In this document: piece after piece, positions 10,701-19,633 of the stretch
Numbering within the stretch: position 1 is the first letter of the stretch
Layout of the letters: the number at the start of each line of letters is the position of its first letter
Source: Trueperaceae bacterium
GTDB lineage: Bacteria > Deinococcota > Deinococci > Deinococcales > Trueperaceae
Length of the DNA: 64,000 nucleotides
NCBI GenBank assembly: GCA_965214405.1
Contig: OZ243956.1
Coordinates: 4,128,001 to 4,192,000 of the forward strand
Direction of reading: 5' to 3'
The notes under the pieces: generated by a model
Seen by the model: only the letters and a program-made list of their open reading frames with translations
Told to the model about the DNA's origin: nothing
The model's database searches: none
Position numbers and translations under genes: made by a program

Positions 10701-11516
10701 TCATAGCCGGGGCAGCACCACGGGGGTGCGGGTGCCGGGCTGCAAAAAAACGTGCGCGTCGGCCCCGTAGACCTCGTGGATGAGCCCTTCGGTCAGGACC
10801 TCGGCGGGGGTGCCCGCTGCCCTGAGTCTCCCTTGGTGCAGCACCAACACCCGGTCGCAGACGCGCGCGGCCAGGTTGAGGTCGTGCAAGACGACGAGCG
10901 CGCCCAAGCCGCGCGCCACCTCTAAGCGCGTCATGGACAGCACCTCGATTTGGTATTTGAGGTCTAAGTGGTTGGTCGGCTCGTCTAAAAGCAAGTAGGA
11001 GGGCTCTTGCGCCAGCGCCCGCGCCAGCAGCACCCGCTGCCGCTCGCCGCCCGAGAGCGCCGCCACGCGCCGGTCTCGGAACGCCCAGGTGTCGGTGCGG
11101 CGCATCGCCCGCTCCACCGCCGCCACATCAGCGGGACCCTCCGCGGCCCAGAAGCCCCAAAACCCGGTGTGAGGCGTGCGCCCCATCATGACGACGTCGT
11201 AAACCGAAAAGTCGCCCGGCAGCTCGCCGCCCTGCGGCACCACCGCCACGCGCCGCGCGAGCTCGAGCCGCGACCACTTGTGTAGGGGTAGGGTATCCAG
11301 GGTGACCTCGCCACGCGCGGGCGTCAGCACCCGCGTCAAGAGGCCGACGACGGTACTTTTACCCGCCCCGTTCGGCCCGACCACGCCGACGGTTTCGAAG
11401 GGACGAAGCTCGAGGTTCAAATCGCTCACAACCTCTTTGGCCCCGTCCTTGGCCCCGTCTTTGGTCCCGTAACCAGGGTGCCCGTAACCAAAGGAAAGGC
11501 CGGTCGCGCGTATCAC
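10701..11516 (-). CDS. Cobalamin/Fe-siderophore ABC transporter ATP-binding subunit (BtuD-like)
   Basis: GPNGAGKS, LSGGERQR, LLLDEPTNHLD motifs. Confidence 0.92.
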   Translation of the reverse strand: MIRATGLSFGYGHPGYGTKDGAKDGAKEVVSDLNLELRPFETVGVVGPNGAGKSTVVGLLTRVLTPARGEVTLDTLPLHKWSRLELARRVAVVPQGGELPGDFSVYDVVMMGRTPHTGFWGFWAAEGPADVAAVERAMRRTDTWAFRDRRVAALSGGERQRVLLARALAQEPSYLLLDEPTNHLDLKYQIEVLSMTRLEVARGLGALVVLHDLNLAARVCDRVLVLHQGRLRAAGTPAEVLTEGLIHEVYGADAHVFLQPGTRTPVVLPRL

Positions 11517-12583
11517 GCTCTCCCCCCGCGTTTAGAACGGCGCAGCAAGTAGAGAAAAAAGGGACCGCCCACGAGCGCGGTCACGATGCCGACGGGCAGT
11601 TCCGCGGGCGCGATGACGGTTCGCGCCACGAGGTCGGCCAAGACCATAAAGATACCCCCCCACACCGCGGCGAGGGGCACCAGCGTGCGGTGGTCGGGGC
11701 CGACCGCCAGCCGCGCCGCGTGCGGCACCATGAGGCCGACAAAACCGATCACCCCTGCCACGCTCACCGCCGCCGCCGTGGCGAGGGTCGCGGTTACTAT
11801 GAGGCCCAGCCGAAACCGCTCGACGGGCAGCCCGAGGAGCGCCGCTTGCGCGTCACCCAGTTGTAAAAGGTTGAGCGCGCGGCTCGAGAAGAGCGTCACC
11901 ACCCCGGCAAGAATGACAAAGGGCAAAATTGAGCCCAACTTGTCCCAACTCGCCAGACCAAAGCCGCCCAGCAGCCAGCTAAGTATCCCCACCGCCCCGG
12001 CGCGCGCTGAGAGCATCACAAACGAGGTCGCGGCGGTGAGGCTCGAGCCCAGCACCACCCCCGCGAGAATGAGCGACACCGTCGGCACCCGCCCCTCCTG
12101 CCGCGCTAAAAGCACCACGCCGACGACCGTCAAAAGCGCCGTCCCGAACGCCATCAATGGCACCCCGAGCCGTGCCAAGAGGGGCACCGACGCCGACAGC
12201 GCCATCACCAGCGTCGCGCCGAAGCCCGCCCCGCTCGCCACGCCTAACAAATAGGGGTCGGCCAGCGGGTTGCGAAACAGCCCCTGAAACGCCACCCCCG
12301 AGAGCGCGAGCGACCCGCCCACGAGCGCCGCTGTGAGCACACGGGGCAGCCGAATGTCCCAGACGATCGTGTCGGTGACGGCGCGAGCGTCGCTGGAGAG
12401 GCCCGCCACGCCCCGCCACACCGCTCGCAACACCTCGGCGGACGCCACGGGCACCGATCCCACGCCGGTAGCGAGCACCACCACGCCCGCCAAAACGACG
12501 CTCGAGAGCACCAGCGGCGTCCAGCGGACACCCGCAAAAGGACCGCGTACCCCGCCCCGGAGCGCGCCGCGCTGCATCCTCAT
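11513..12583 (-). CDS. FecCD-family ABC permease (BtuC-like)
   Basis: IRLPRV, FRNPLADPYLLG, GFVGLMVPH and ELPVG motifs. Confidence 0.93.
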   Translation of the reverse strand: MRMQRGALRGGVRGPFAGVRWTPLVLSSVVLAGVVVLATGVGSVPVASAEVLRAVWRGVAGLSSDARAVTDTIVWDIRLPRVLTAALVGGSLALSGVAFQGLFRNPLADPYLLGVASGAGFGATLVMALSASVPLLARLGVPLMAFGTALLTVVGVVLLARQEGRVPTVSLILAGVVLGSSLTAATSFVMLSARAGAVGILSWLLGGFGLASWDKLGSILPFVILAGVVTLFSSRALNLLQLGDAQAALLGLPVERFRLGLIVTATLATAAAVSVAGVIGFVGLMVPHAARLAVGPDHRTLVPLAAVWGGIFMVLADLVARTVIAPAELPVGIVTALVGGPFFLYLLRRSKRGGRA

Positions 12584-12586
12584 TCC

Positions 12587-13495
12587 CTAATCCACGCTGT
12601 CGGGATGAAAAATCTGCGCGAACAGCCGCACCGCCTCCGCGACGCGCGGCCCTGAGCGGTTTACGATATCGACCTGCTCAGGCGTGAGTTCCGCCACCCG
12701 ACCCGTGCGAAGCGCCCCAAGACCCTCCCAACCCGGCCGCTCCTTTAATGTCGCTGCGCTCTCGCCAAAGGGTGCGTCGCCCAGCACGATCACGTCGGGA
12801 TTGGCGGCGACCACAAATTCCGGGTCGAGGAGCGGAAAGTCGCCCATCCCCGCCTCGACGATGGTGCGGCCTCCCGCCTTGTTTATCAAGGTGCCGATAT
12901 AGGCGTCCGGGCCGACGCTGTAGGGGGTCGCGTCGAGTTCGTAAAAAACCGTCGGGACGGGCGCGTCGGCGACAAGGGCGGCGACGGCGTCTACCTCGCC
13001 GCTCACTTTATCGGACAAGCTTGCGGCCTCGGCCTCGAGGTTTAAGAGCTCACCCACCACCTCAAAAGTGTCAAAAATCTCATTATACGTCTGCGCCGTT
13101 CCCGCGTAGACCGTGAGCCCCAGCCCGCTTAGCGTCTCGGCAATCCCACCCGATTCGTCAACCAATACCAGGTCGGGCTTTAGCGCCACGATGGCCTCGA
13201 CGTTGGGCGAAAAGCCGTTGCCCAGCACCGGCAGGTCGGTCACCTCGGCGGGATAGGTGCTGTACTCGTCCACGCCCACCAGCCGGTCGCAAGCGCCCAA
13301 CGCGCAGACCGTCTCCGTCTGGCTCGGAATCATCGAGACGACGCGTAGGGGCTCCGCCTCGAGCACCACCTCTCGCCCCAAGTCGTCGGTAACCGTGAGG
13401 GGGTAGTCGGTGGCGAACGCGGTGCCTGCGAAAAGAACGGTAAAAGTAGGGATAAAAAACCGCGAATACGAACGTAAAACCCGTACAACCGTCAC
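12587..13495 (-). CDS. Cobalamin-binding periplasmic protein (BtuF-like)
   Basis: YPLTVTDDLGREV, PNVEAIVALKPDLV and RSGPR motifs; GTG start 5 nt after a GAAGGAGG RBS. Confidence 0.9.
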   Translation of the reverse strand: MTVVRVLRSYSRFFIPTFTVLFAGTAFATDYPLTVTDDLGREVVLEAEPLRVVSMIPSQTETVCALGACDRLVGVDEYSTYPAEVTDLPVLGNGFSPNVEAIVALKPDLVLVDESGGIAETLSGLGLTVYAGTAQTYNEIFDTFEVVGELLNLEAEAASLSDKVSGEVDAVAALVADAPVPTVFYELDATPYSVGPDAYIGTLINKAGGRTIVEAGMGDFPLLDPEFVVAANPDVIVLGDAPFGESAATLKERPGWEGLGALRTGRVAELTPEQVDIVNRSGPRVAEAVRLFAQIFHPDSVD

Positions 13496-13634
13496 AAGGG
13501 CCTCCTTCGGGCCACCTGCGGGGCGAAAAAAGCTCATCTCGAAAACCTGAAAGTTTACGAAACGAGCGCGGGTCTCCGGCCATGATGCGACATACCGGCG
13601 CGCCCTTCCTCGTCCTCGCAAGGGGTGCTGCAAC

Positions 13635-13715
13635 TCGGGCTTTGGTATTCGGACTTTCACCGTTGCGGGACAGCGCCGGACTTTCACCGGACTTCCCCAA
13701 AGCAGGAGCGGTTTG
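13635..13715 (-). promoter_or_regulatory. Cobalamin riboswitch (compact form)
   Basis: Minus strand reads GCTTTGGGGAAGTCCGGTGAAAGTCCGGCGCTGTCCCGCAACGGTGAAAGTCCGAATACCAAAGC: B12-element core with closing helix GCTTTGG/CCAAAGC, upstream of the btuF-like gene. Confidence 0.93.
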
Positions 13716-13741
13716 ATTAGCCACGTTCGCGTGGCTGAATT

Positions 13742-13770
13742 AGCTTACGGCGGCGTCCCCACTTTGTCAA
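13742..13770 (-). promoter_or_regulatory. Sigma70-type promoter of the B12 operon
   Basis: TTGACA-17 bp-TAAGCT on the minus strand just upstream of the riboswitch. Confidence 0.8.
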
Positions 13771-13838
13771 ACGGGGTGCTTACAGGCGAACACGACAGGG
13801 TAGTACGTGAGACTCGAGAACGTGCTACGTTCTTTCGC

Positions 13839-13861
13839 AAAGAAGAACCCGCCGAAGCGGG
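13839..13861 (-). terminator. Intrinsic terminator of hup
   Basis: CCCGC-TTCG-GCGGG hairpin followed by TTCTTCTTT on the minus strand. Confidence 0.7.
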
Positions 13862-13916
13862 CGTGGGTCTTGGGGATTTTTCTTAGGCTGTCCTGAAACA
13901 AACGCTAGCCCCTGAC

Positions 13917-14204
13917 CTAACTTTTTACGCTGTCTTTAAGCCCCTTGCCCGCCTTGAACGCGGGGTAAGACGAGGCGGGTATCTGGATCTTTTCGGTCGT
14001 GCCCGGTTTGACGCCTTCACGAGCCTTGCGCTCTCTCACCTCAAAGGTGCCGAAGCCGGTTAGCGTGACCTTGTCGCCCCCTTGCAGGTGCGTGGTGACT
14101 TCGTCTAGAAGCGTGTCCATCACCTTTTTCACGTCGCTCTTGGTCATCTCGAGCTTGTCGGCCACCGCGTCCACGAGGTCGGATTTCGAAACGTTGCTTG
14201 CCAT
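13917..14204 (-). CDS. hup: HU DNA-binding protein
   Basis: VTLTGFGTFEVRERKAREG...PAFKAGKGLKD. Confidence 0.95.
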   Translation of the reverse strand: MASNVSKSDLVDAVADKLEMTKSDVKKVMDTLLDEVTTHLQGGDKVTLTGFGTFEVRERKAREGVKPGTTEKIQIPASSYPAFKAGKGLKDSVKS

Positions 14205-14308
14205 AATGTCTCCTTTCCGCGCTACTCTAACACGCGCGCTCGTTTGTGGGGCCGAAAGCCGCTCACCCGCTTCTTTGAGTTGTGCGAGCGCGTGATAGGC
14301 TGCCCCTC

Positions 14309-15304
14309 GTGCCCGCCGTTTCTTTAGACGACCTGCTGCTACCCAGCACCCGCAGCCTGCCCAGCTTCGTTCCGCCGCCCCGTTTTGAAGGAACGCGCTT
14401 TAGCACCTACCGGCCCCAGGAGCCGAGTCAAACGCACGCGTGCGAGGTAACGCGGGAGTTTGTCGCCTCCCGCGCCTCCCCGCGCGGCTTCCGCTGGCCC
14501 TGGCAAAAAGAATCCGAGAACGAACGCGGCCTCTACTTAGACGGCGGCTTCGGCGTCGGCAAAACGCACCTGTTGGCGGCGGCATATCACGCGTTTACAG
14601 AACCAAATAAAGCGTACCTGTCGTTTCAGGAACTCGTCTACGTGATTGGCGTCAAGGGGATGGCGGGGGCACAGGAGGCGATGGGCGGCTCGAGCCTCTT
14701 GTGCATCGACGAGTTTGAGCTCGACGACCCCGGCAACACGCTTATCGTCAAAACGTTTCTGGAGGGTCTGTTCGCTTCAAAAGGCCGCGTCATCACCACC
14801 TCGAACACGCCGCCCGAGGGGCAAGGGCAGGGGCGCTTTAACGCGGAAGACTTTAAGCGCGAGATTCAGAGCGTCGCGGCGCGCTTTAGGACCGTGCGGC
14901 TTGGCGGACCCGACTTTAGGAGGCGTGACCACCTCGCTCAATTTTATGGTGAGGAGGCGCTTCTCACCCTGCAAGAAGAAGACGCGAGACCCAAGGTGGC
15001 GCTCGAGTGGCCCCAACTCCTAGACCTCTTGGGCCGCTACCATCCCATTCGCTACCGCGACGTGTTGGAAAACGTCGACACGCTCTACGTTCACGGCGTC
15101 CAGAACATCGGAACACAAAACGACGCGCTGCGTTTTGTCCACTTTATCGACAAGCTTTACGACCTCAGGGTGGGCTTCCGGGCTTCGGGAGAGGTGGCGC
15201 TAGCAGAACTCTTCGACCCCTCCTACAAAAACTCGGCCTACGCCAAAAAGCATGACCGCTGTCTCTCGAGGCTTTCCGAACTGCTCGAGGAACCGCTACC
15301 CTAG
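14309..15304 (+). CDS. zapE: AFG1/ZapE-family ATPase
   Basis: GLYLDGGFGVGKTHL, CIDEFELDDPG, TSNTPP and RFVHFIDKLYD motifs; start uncertain (ORF opens at 14282). Confidence 0.9.
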   Translation: MPAVSLDDLLLPSTRSLPSFVPPPRFEGTRFSTYRPQEPSQTHACEVTREFVASRASPRGFRWPWQKESENERGLYLDGGFGVGKTHLLAAAYHAFTEPNKAYLSFQELVYVIGVKGMAGAQEAMGGSSLLCIDEFELDDPGNTLIVKTFLEGLFASKGRVITTSNTPPEGQGQGRFNAEDFKREIQSVAARFRTVRLGGPDFRRRDHLAQFYGEEALLTLQEEDARPKVALEWPQLLDLLGRYHPIRYRDVLENVDTLYVHGVQNIGTQNDALRFVHFIDKLYDLRVGFRASGEVALAELFDPSYKNSAYAKKHDRCLSRLSELLEEPLP

Positions 15305-15377
15305 TTTTGTGAGAAGCCTACACCGTCTTTAGCTCTTTCGAACCCCGTTAAAGCTCACGCCAATCTTAGCCGTTACG

Positions 15378-16364
15378 TTAGACACTCAGTTCTAAACCCA
15401 CGGGCAGCACCGTCAGCCGGTCCATCACCGTGAGAAACGCGGTGACCACCGCGTGAGGATAATGTCGGCCCGCGAGCCCGCAGATTTTTTCTATCGCCTC
15501 CTCGTGCGAGAGCGCGCGGCGGTAGGGCCGGTCGGTGGTCATCGCGTCGTAGGTGTCCACGACTGCCACAATATATGACTCAGTAAGAATCGCGTCGCCG
15601 GAAAGGCCGTAAGGGTAGCCCGAGCCGTCAAGTCTTTCGTGGTGCTGCTCGACGATCTCGCCCACGGAGGCCATAAAGGTCGTCTCGAGCAGGCGGCGGC
15701 CCGTCACCGGGTGCTGCTTGATAATCTCCCACTCTTCGGGCGTGAGTTTGTCCGGTTTTTGCAAAATCCGGTCGGGCACCTCGATCTTGCCCAAATCGTG
15801 AAGATAAGCCCCGTGGTCGAGCTTGTAAAGCCGAGGCGACGGTAAACGGAGCTCGAGCCCGACGGCCCGCGCCAGATCGCGCAACCGCTCGCAGTGGGCG
15901 GCGGTGCCCCGGTCTTTCTCAGTGACGAGTTCGGCTAGCTCTTTGAGGTCGCGCAGCGAGTCGGAAATCTCGTGAAACGCGGGGCGCGTACCCGTGTAAA
16001 AAAAGCGCACGTCCGTTTTGGCAGTCAGCGTCACGGGCTCCTGGAGTGCCTTGATGAGAACAACGTCGCCGGGCTCGACAGTCTCGGCGGTTTTCTCCTC
16101 GACGAGTTCACCCTCCGTAATCAGATACGTCTCGACTGTTTCGTTAAATGCTGTGGTGGGAACAGTGGTGGGAACGGTGGTGGGGATAATGGCGGGAACG
16201 ATATCGAGTCGGTGCCCCGCTTTGAGACTGCCTTCGATCATCTCCAAATTGGCTTCGGCCACGCGCAGCACGATCTCTCCGGCCTCTGACCAAGACCTCT
16301 CCAGACCCTCCCCGCGTTTTCGAACCTGAAAACCTAATGGGGAGGGCGGAGGGTCGGTGGACAT
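15378..16364 (-). CDS. HD-GYP phosphodiesterase with N-terminal cupin-like domain
   Basis: LHDLGK, HHERLDGSGYPYGL and DAMTTDRPYR motifs; N-terminal ETYLITEGEL...PGDV cupin-like pattern. Confidence 0.88.
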   Translation of the reverse strand: MSTDPPPSPLGFQVRKRGEGLERSWSEAGEIVLRVAEANLEMIEGSLKAGHRLDIVPAIIPTTVPTTVPTTAFNETVETYLITEGELVEEKTAETVEPGDVVLIKALQEPVTLTAKTDVRFFYTGTRPAFHEISDSLRDLKELAELVTEKDRGTAAHCERLRDLARAVGLELRLPSPRLYKLDHGAYLHDLGKIEVPDRILQKPDKLTPEEWEIIKQHPVTGRRLLETTFMASVGEIVEQHHERLDGSGYPYGLSGDAILTESYIVAVVDTYDAMTTDRPYRRALSHEEAIEKICGLAGRHYPHAVVTAFLTVMDRLTVLPVGLELSV

Positions 16365-16709
16365 AAAGACCTGTCGGGTAATTGGTTTAAAAGGAACTCG
16401 AAAGTCAAGGGGTTTAGCGAACCGAAGCGTGAGCGGGGGTAGAAGCGACTCCGGGATCAATATCGCCATCACCGACTTCAGCAAAGGCTACAGGTAACAG
16501 AACCAGCGCAAGGGCTAACAAAACCTTTTTCGTGACCTTTTTCATCTTTTCTCCTCCTCAGAACTGTTTTTAGTCTACCCGAGCGTTGTTGCAAACGCGT
16601 TGCAGGATTGGGCGTGAAGTTTGCAACGCGCTGCCAACGTCCAAAAACTATACTTAACGGAGTAGAGCTTGAGCAGAGGCTAAAAAGCTCCAGAAAAGGG
16701 AGGGTTGTC

Positions 16710-16883
16710 GTGACCAAAGAACAAGCGCGTAAAGAGCTCGAGGGAACCTGGCGATTCAAACTCGTGGGAGACAAGGTTGCGCTCCGCGAGCTCGACCTTA
16801 TTGAGGCGGTGTCGCATTGTGAGGGAGAAAAAGTCGAGCGGAGCCTGCCGTCACCCCGCCGGGGCAAGGCGGCGTACTACTAA
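16710..16883 (+). CDS. Small hypothetical protein (57 aa)
   Basis: GGGAGGG RBS before GTG; TATACT -10 box at 16649. Confidence 0.55.
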   Translation: MTKEQARKELEGTWRFKLVGDKVALRELDLIEAVSHCEGEKVERSLPSPRRGKAAYY

Positions 16884-17043
16884 TCAATTCACCTTTACAT
16901 TGGGTTACATCAGGTGTAAATACATCCTTAGGTGCTTAAGGAGCAGGGGAAATGGGGGAGACGTTACTTCTCACTACTCCTGCTCCTCATCGTCCTGTCT
17001 TTTTCCCGAGGCTTCTCACAGTATTTTTCACGTAATGTGGTCG

Positions 17044-19458
17044 TCAGTTCCATTCACGCTTGAGCCGTTCGACCTGAGCCTTGCTCAAGGGAACTCGAGG
17101 GTCCCCGGGTGGCAAGGTCGAGAGCGCCGCCGTCCAGAGTTCGAGGTCGTCTTTGAGCGTACGGGCAAGCTCAAAAAGCACCTCGGGGTCGCCTGCGTGG
17201 AGCGCAACCTGCCGGACGCGTTCTTCTAAAAATTCTCTGACAAAACGGACCCCCGGCGCGTCGCTTTCGTAAAGGAGCGGGCCGCGGTAGAGCTCTAGCG
17301 CGTCTCTTAGCGTGCCGGGCGTGAGCAGGCGCTCGCAGTCGGTTACGTCAAGGGTGTAGGGCAGCGTGATGCGGTAGGGCGGGTCGCTGATGGGGACGAG
17401 CTGCCTCAAGCGCGACACGGCGCTCCGCAACGCCACAGCGCCCGTGGCCTCGTCGTTATAGAGTTTGGCGTGGAGTTCTTCTAAACTCGTTCCGCCGGGC
17501 TCGAGCGCCAACAGCACGAGGAGTTCCAAGTTTCTTAGCGACAGCTCCAAAGGCTTGCCCTCGAGCCACACCTCGTGCGCGCCCAACACGCGAATTTGCA
17601 GGGGAACCTCGCGGCCCAGCACCCCCGCCCACACGTTTGAAAAAGCAGTTTCAGGACCCGAAAGAAGTTTGAGCCCCGCCAGAGGAAGCGGCGCGAGAAG
17701 GTCACGCACCGCGTTTAGCCTCTCGCGCCCCGGCTCCACTTTGAGAAGGTAAAGCGCGGCACCCGCGCGGCGGTCGGCGGAAAAAGACGCTTCATTGAGG
17801 ACCGGCTGCAGGTTTTCCCGCGCCTTTTCGGGGTGCGTGTAAGCCTGCGCCATGCCGAGCGCCAGGCGCGAATGGAGCGCGTAACTCGGCGCTTCGCCCT
17901 CGGTTAAAAAGATGGCGCGCTTCGCTTCGTGTAAGGCCTCGGTGACCCGGCCCTGCTCGAGCAGCACCCGCACCAAAGGGACGGTAAACCTGCCTAGGTA
18001 GCGCCGCGGGCTCCTCCAAAGATTGTCGGACGTGAGCCGTTCCGCCTCGGCGAGGTCACCTCTTACAAGTTCAAAGTTCGCCAACGTTGAGCGGAACAAA
18101 ACCGCCAGGTCTAAGCCGGTGTGGTCGAGGGCGCTGTTCGCTTCGCGTAAAGGCGCGCCCAAGCCGACGCTCTGACCGATAAGAAGCCGGGCGTAGGCCC
18201 AGGTGTTGAGGAGCCGCAAACGTCTGTCACCGTCTTTGAGTCCCTGCGCGTCAGAAAACCTCAAGGCCCACTCAGCCCACGACGCGGCCTCCCCAAAACG
18301 TCCCGCGTGAATGAGCCTTTCGGCGAGCCCGCCCGCGTTTCGCACAACATCATAGGGACGACCGTGGCGTTCGGCCAGCCGCACGCTCTCGCGCAAGATG
18401 GTCACGCCCGCGTCCGGGTTGGTGTGGAGCCGCCCGAGTTGAAAGAGCGTCAGGGGCGTCTGCTTGGCCTTGGCGGCCCGCTGCGCCTCCGCGAACCGTT
18501 CTTGCGGATTAGTCATCACGCCCGAGTAACGCGCGCGCAGTTCGGGCGCTTCAAAGCGGCGCAAGAACGTTTGGATGATGGGGAGGAGCGGGGCGTGATC
18601 TCCCTGACTCACCGCCGCGACCAAACGCCAGCTCAGCACCTCTTCAGAGTTTTGGTCGTCTAGACTCTCGAGCAGCAGCCGCAACCGCCCCAGCAGCCCC
18701 TCCTCCTGGTAGGCCGGACCGGCGTCTCTTAACACCTCGGGCACCCGGTCGGGCAGGCTCATGACGGCCAAGTCGAGCGCCTCGACGGCGCGGCCCAGGC
18801 GCAAAAGCGTCTCGAGCAGCACCTCGGGCGAGACCAGCACCTCGTCGCCGGGCGCGGTGAACGCGCCCCGCGGGCTCGGGACAAAGGGCGGCGCGTCGCC
18901 CCGGAGCCGCGCCAAGCCGCCGACAAAGTCTAAATAAACCCCGTCGGAAGACCTGAAAACGACGTTTCCTTCCGCGTCACTTAGCCGACCCGCCAAAAGC
19001 GCTCGAGCCTCTTCAGAGCGGAGCCTAAGCGTGTCTCGGTCTAAGCGCAGCGCGCCCCCCGGCGACCCGAAGCCCTCGCCGCCAAGAAGCACCTTGACCC
19101 GGTCCGACTGCAAGCCCAGCAGCGCCTCCGCAAAGAGCGGGTTAAAGTCGGCGTGAGAGCAGGCGATAAGCAGGGGGCCGAGCGTGGGAAGCTGATGTTT
19201 AAGCACCTCGACCGCGTAGCCGAAGGGCAACGCCTTGGGCAGAAGCGTCGCCCCCAGCGCCCGGTTGACGCTCGCCGCCAAGGTGTTGCCCAGCGCCACA
19301 AAGTCGCTCGCGTCGGCGGGCTGGAGCTCGAGCCACACGAGCGTGTGACGTTCTGAGAGCGCCTCCAAGACGAAAGGCAGCCCGTACGCGTCGCCGCCCT
19401 CGACCACAACGGGTCCCGGATGCGCCTCAACCAGCCCGATGATTCGTGCGAGCCACAT
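17044..19458 (-). CDS. Large transcriptional regulator: helical/TPR-like body with C-terminal winged-HTH/BTAD-like domain
   Basis: C-terminal LELLVLLALEPGG...LRSAVSRLR...PYR...LYRGPLL...DDLELW pattern of SARP-like regulators. Confidence 0.7.
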   Translation of the reverse strand: MWLARIIGLVEAHPGPVVVEGGDAYGLPFVLEALSERHTLVWLELQPADASDFVALGNTLAASVNRALGATLLPKALPFGYAVEVLKHQLPTLGPLLIACSHADFNPLFAEALLGLQSDRVKVLLGGEGFGSPGGALRLDRDTLRLRSEEARALLAGRLSDAEGNVVFRSSDGVYLDFVGGLARLRGDAPPFVPSPRGAFTAPGDEVLVSPEVLLETLLRLGRAVEALDLAVMSLPDRVPEVLRDAGPAYQEEGLLGRLRLLLESLDDQNSEEVLSWRLVAAVSQGDHAPLLPIIQTFLRRFEAPELRARYSGVMTNPQERFAEAQRAAKAKQTPLTLFQLGRLHTNPDAGVTILRESVRLAERHGRPYDVVRNAGGLAERLIHAGRFGEAASWAEWALRFSDAQGLKDGDRRLRLLNTWAYARLLIGQSVGLGAPLREANSALDHTGLDLAVLFRSTLANFELVRGDLAEAERLTSDNLWRSPRRYLGRFTVPLVRVLLEQGRVTEALHEAKRAIFLTEGEAPSYALHSRLALGMAQAYTHPEKARENLQPVLNEASFSADRRAGAALYLLKVEPGRERLNAVRDLLAPLPLAGLKLLSGPETAFSNVWAGVLGREVPLQIRVLGAHEVWLEGKPLELSLRNLELLVLLALEPGGTSLEELHAKLYNDEATGAVALRSAVSRLRQLVPISDPPYRITLPYTLDVTDCERLLTPGTLRDALELYRGPLLYESDAPGVRFVREFLEERVRQVALHAGDPEVLFELARTLKDDLELWTAALSTLPPGDPRVPLSKAQVERLKREWN

Positions 19459-19633
19459 GATTTCAGTTTACATCACTATTTACGTAACGTTTCACTGCGG
19501 TGTTCTTGCGGATTGCTTCGAACTGAGTCTGGTCAGCGTGCAAGGTGGACGCGCCACCCTGAAAATCGGGCCAACGTGACCGTACCCGCTCCTAAAGCGA
19601 CGGAACCCACGTTTTTCACGTGCTAAAGTTTTT

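Noticed and set aside
13496..13687. N-terminal extension of the BtuF-like ORF
   Set aside because: Covers the riboswitch and leader; a strong RBS marks GTG 13495.
16952..17035. 27-codon ORF MGETLLL...
   Set aside because: Too short and has no supporting features beyond a purine-rich upstream stretch.
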